Part shown: one piece after another, positions 30,387-32,000 of the stretch
How positions within the stretch are numbered: the first letter of the stretch is position 1
Layout of the letters: every line of letters starts with the position of its first letter
Assembly: GCA_026016245.1 (NCBI GenBank)
Contig: CP061211.1
Location: forward strand, 240,001 to 272,000
Source of the DNA: Candidatus Pacearchaeota archaeon
Lineage (GTDB): Archaea > Nanobdellota > Nanobdellia > Pacearchaeales > UBA284
DNA: 32,000 nucleotides
Direction: 5' to 3'
Notes under the pieces: generated by a model
Told to the model about the DNA's origin: nothing
Database searches by the model: none
What the model saw: only the letters and a program-made list of their open reading frames with translations
Position numbers and translations under genes: made by a program

Positions 30387-30977
30387 CTAACTTTTTTCTT
30401 CTACCTTACCTTTAGGTTCTTTTTCAAAAAATATTTGAGCTTGGAATTTGTAAATTCTACATTCTGGGTTTAACCATATTTCTGTAGGCAATCCAGCTTT
30501 GATACAAGTTGCTCTTAAAAATTCAAGGACATTCCATTTCTGCTCTAAAGATACTTGTGGTAAGAGCAGGCCAGAAAAATGATGTGTTTGAACAATAAGG
30601 CCATCTTTTCCTATCTCAATTTTTTCTAAAATGTCCTGTCCTTTTGCTTTAATTTGTTCTGGAACTGTTAATACAGAAATCTCTATAATTATATTATCTA
30701 ACTCTCCTTTCTCAAGAGGCATGAATCTTGTATCAGAAAATGCAGCAGATTTTGCAGCTTCAACAACAGCCAAAGCAAGAGATTTTATAGGATAAGGAAA
30801 GCCTATACAGCCTCGAAGTTCTCTAGATGGAAATTTATTCAGTGTGACAAAAACTCCTTGATTTTTAGAAAATTCTTTTTTCTCTTCTTCAAAATCTAAT
30901 TCCTGTCCAGAAAACTGAGATTCTATTGCTTTTCTCGCTAGACTTATTAATTTAAAACCTTGATCTAGAGATAACAT
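30387..30977 (-). CDS. AMMECR1-domain protein
   Basis: GVFVTLNKFPSRELRGCIGFPYP, FSDTRFMPL, IEISVLTVPE, GKDGLIV, SGLLLPQV and CIKAGLP are AMMECR1 signatures. The first ATG (30983) shares its A with the tRNA discriminator base, so the second ATG (30977, MLSLDQ) is the likelier start. Confidence 0.88.
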   Translation of the reverse strand: MLSLDQGFKLISLARKAIESQFSGQELDFEEEKKEFSKNQGVFVTLNKFPSRELRGCIGFPYPIKSLALAVVEAAKSAAFSDTRFMPLEKGELDNIIIEISVLTVPEQIKAKGQDILEKIEIGKDGLIVQTHHFSGLLLPQVSLEQKWNVLEFLRATCIKAGLPTEIWLNPECRIYKFQAQIFFEKEPKGKVEEKS

Positions 30978-30982
30978 TTTCA

Positions 30983-31055
30983 TGCCCCCACCGGGATTCG
31001 AACCCGGGTCCTAGCCTCGAAAGGGCTAAATGCTTGGCCTCTACACCATGGGGGC
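30983..31055 (-). tRNA. tRNA-Glu (anticodon UUC), 73 nt, no encoded CCA, no intron
   Basis: The reverse complement is GCCCCCA-TG-GTGT-AGAGGCCAA-GCAT-T-TAGCC-CTTTCGA-GGCTA-GGAC-CCGGG-TTCGAAT-CCCGG-TGGGGGC-A. The acceptor stem is a perfect 7 bp. The anticodon stem (TAGCC/GGCTA) and T stem (CCGGG/CCCGG) are 5 bp each. The T-loop is TTCGAAT and the anticodon loop is C-T-TTC-G-A. Confidence 0.93.
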
Positions 31056-31078
31056 TTGAAAGAAAGAGAGGAGAGAAA

Positions 31079-31086
31079 CTTTTAAA
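31079..31086 (-). promoter_or_regulatory. TATA box for tRNA-Glu, embedded in the stop-codon region of the upstream gene
   Basis: The minus strand reads AAAGTTTAAAAGT. TTTAAAAG ends 23 nt upstream of the tRNA 5' end (31055). It overlaps the HD-GYP stop codon at 31082-31084. Confidence 0.5.
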
Positions 31087-32000
31087 CTTTTTTATCTAAT
31101 AATTTAGGATAAACCTCTTTGAAATAAACATCCAAAAGCCTAGAATCAAACTGGGGTTCCATTTTTTTCATTATTTCGACAGATTCTTTTAGAGTATATT
31201 TTTCAGGTTCTCCCCTTGCTTTTCTGTAAGGCCTCTTTGATGTCAAGGCATCAGCAACATCTGCAATAAAAACTATCCTAGCCTCAAGAGGGATATTCTC
31301 TCCTTTTAATCCAAGAGGGTAACCGCTTCCATCATAATGTTCGTGATGAAGCCTTATTACATTAAGTAAAATCCTGTCTTGGGCAGGATTTGCTCCATAT
31401 TCAAGCATTAGATGATAACCTTTCTCTGAATGAGCCTTAACAGGGTTTTCTTCTGGAGTAAAAGCTTCTTCACTATCTAAAGTATCGTCCCTAATTTTTA
31501 CTTTTCCTATGTCATGCCATTGCCCTGCCAAATTCAACTTTTTAATGAATATTTTGTTTAAACCTATTACTTCGGCAATCTCACATGATCTTTTTGTTAC
31601 TCTTTTAGCATGTCCTTTAAGATATGGATGTTGACTTTCTAGATAAGTATAAGTATCTTTCCCAAATTCAAGATGTCTGTTTTTTATTAATTTCATTATC
31701 TCTATCCATGGGGCTATTTGATATGTTGCTATTTTCATTACCTCAATATCAATATTTGAAAAAGCGTCTTTTTTTTCACTTATTACTTCTAAAACTCCTA
31801 CTGGTTTTCCCCTTGTTTTAATTGGGATAACTAAAGAAGAATTGGCTTTTTCATAAGTAACTCCTCTATCTAAAAAAATAGGTTTTACTTTGCTTTTATC
31901 CCATTTTTTATGCAGATCAGGGGCATATAAAGTTTCGCCTGTCTCAACAGCTCTTCCAATAAATCCCTTGCCTGTAGAATATATTAGCTCTGCTGTTTCT
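31082..32000 (-). CDS. GAF + HD-GYP domain protein (N-terminus beyond the right window edge)
   Basis: HD-GYP signatures are GHAKRVT, WHDIGKV and HHEHYDGSGYPLGLKGENIPLEARIVFIADVADALTSKRPYRKA. The frame stays open upstream of the track start (31738) to position 32000. That upstream part reads ETAELIYSTGKGFIGRAVETGETLYAPDL...SSLVIPIKTRGKPVGVLEVISEKKDAFSNIDIEVMKIATYQIA, a typical GAF-domain C-terminal half. Confidence 0.85.
   Translation of the reverse strand, partial: ETAELIYSTGKGFIGRAVETGETLYAPDLHKKWDKSKVKPIFLDRGVTYEKANSSLVIPIKTRGKPVGVLEVISEKKDAFSNIDIEVMKIATYQIAPWIEIMKLIKNRHLEFGKDTYTYLESQHPYLKGHAKRVTKRSCEIAEVIGLNKIFIKKLNLAGQWHDIGKVKIRDDTLDSEEAFTPEENPVKAHSEKGYHLMLEYGANPAQDRILLNVIRLHHEHYDGSGYPLGLKGENIPLEARIVFIADVADALTSKRPYRKARGEPEKYTLKESVEIMKKMEPQFDSRLLDVYFKEVYPKLLDKKV

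Noticed and set aside
13652-31055. Functional link between gltX (GluRS) and tRNA-Glu in the same window
   Set aside because: They are 15 kb apart, on opposite strands, in different transcription units. This is most likely coincidence.
2558-31821. Many 60-135-aa ORFs antisense to or out of frame with long genes. They start at 2558, 4615, 6382, 7940, 9262, 10044, 10048, 10427, 10495, 10739, 12119, 12180, 14185, 14315, 15225, 15995, 16829, 18432, 20221, 22865, 25538, 25705, 26884, 27178, 28455 and 31624.
   Set aside because: All lie inside better-supported genes with recognisable families or much longer frames. Their products are S/F/L/C-rich low-complexity strings typical of the antisense of K/E-rich AT-rich coding DNA. 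None has a promoter or SD at the proper distance.
1-32000. CRISPR arrays, transposases, integrases, IS ends or prophage genes
   Set aside because: I saw no regularly spaced direct repeats outside coding repeats. No DDE or tyrosine/serine recombinase motifs and no terminal inverted repeats were seen. tRNA-Glu is intact with no flanking direct-repeat duplicate.

Overview
Gene-dense, AT-rich window, almost certainly archaeal. It encodes family-B DNA polymerase, FEN-1 with a C-terminal PIP box, RadB, archaeal-type GluRS, type-IA topoisomerase and a TrmB regulator. BRE/TATA boxes sit about 20-23 nt upstream of many start codons, implying leaderless mRNAs. Short intergenic regions, E/K-rich low-complexity proteins and a giant surface protein suggest a streamlined, possibly DPANN-like host-associated lineage; this is inference only. 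No CRISPR array, transposase, integrase, rRNA or prophage signal was seen. Two genes missing or truncated in the ORF track run off the window edges: polB (1..1961, minus) and a GAF + HD-GYP protein (31082..32000, minus). One tRNA-Glu(UUC) lies at 30983..31055 (minus). The strongest candidate for something new is the block 18261..26728. It holds a 73-aa winged-helix protein, a 2,350-aa mosaic type-I membrane glycoprotein and a 321-aa paralog of that protein's stalk/TM/tail region. The giant protein reads: Cys-repeats, beta-helix, Ig-like modules, FG-GAP propeller, stalk, TM, cytoplasmic tail. The tail motif occurs three times across the two proteins. Secondary leads are listed below.
- An orphan gene cluster at 8172..11949.
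- An archaeal protein ending in a Bacteroidota-style T9SS sorting-domain-like sequence.
- A tRNA whose discriminator base is the A of the next gene's first ATG.
- A fused MNT-HEPN protein.
- An archaeal lspA.
- Two sub-threshold small ORFs.
All family calls come from motif recognition by eye; no searches were run.
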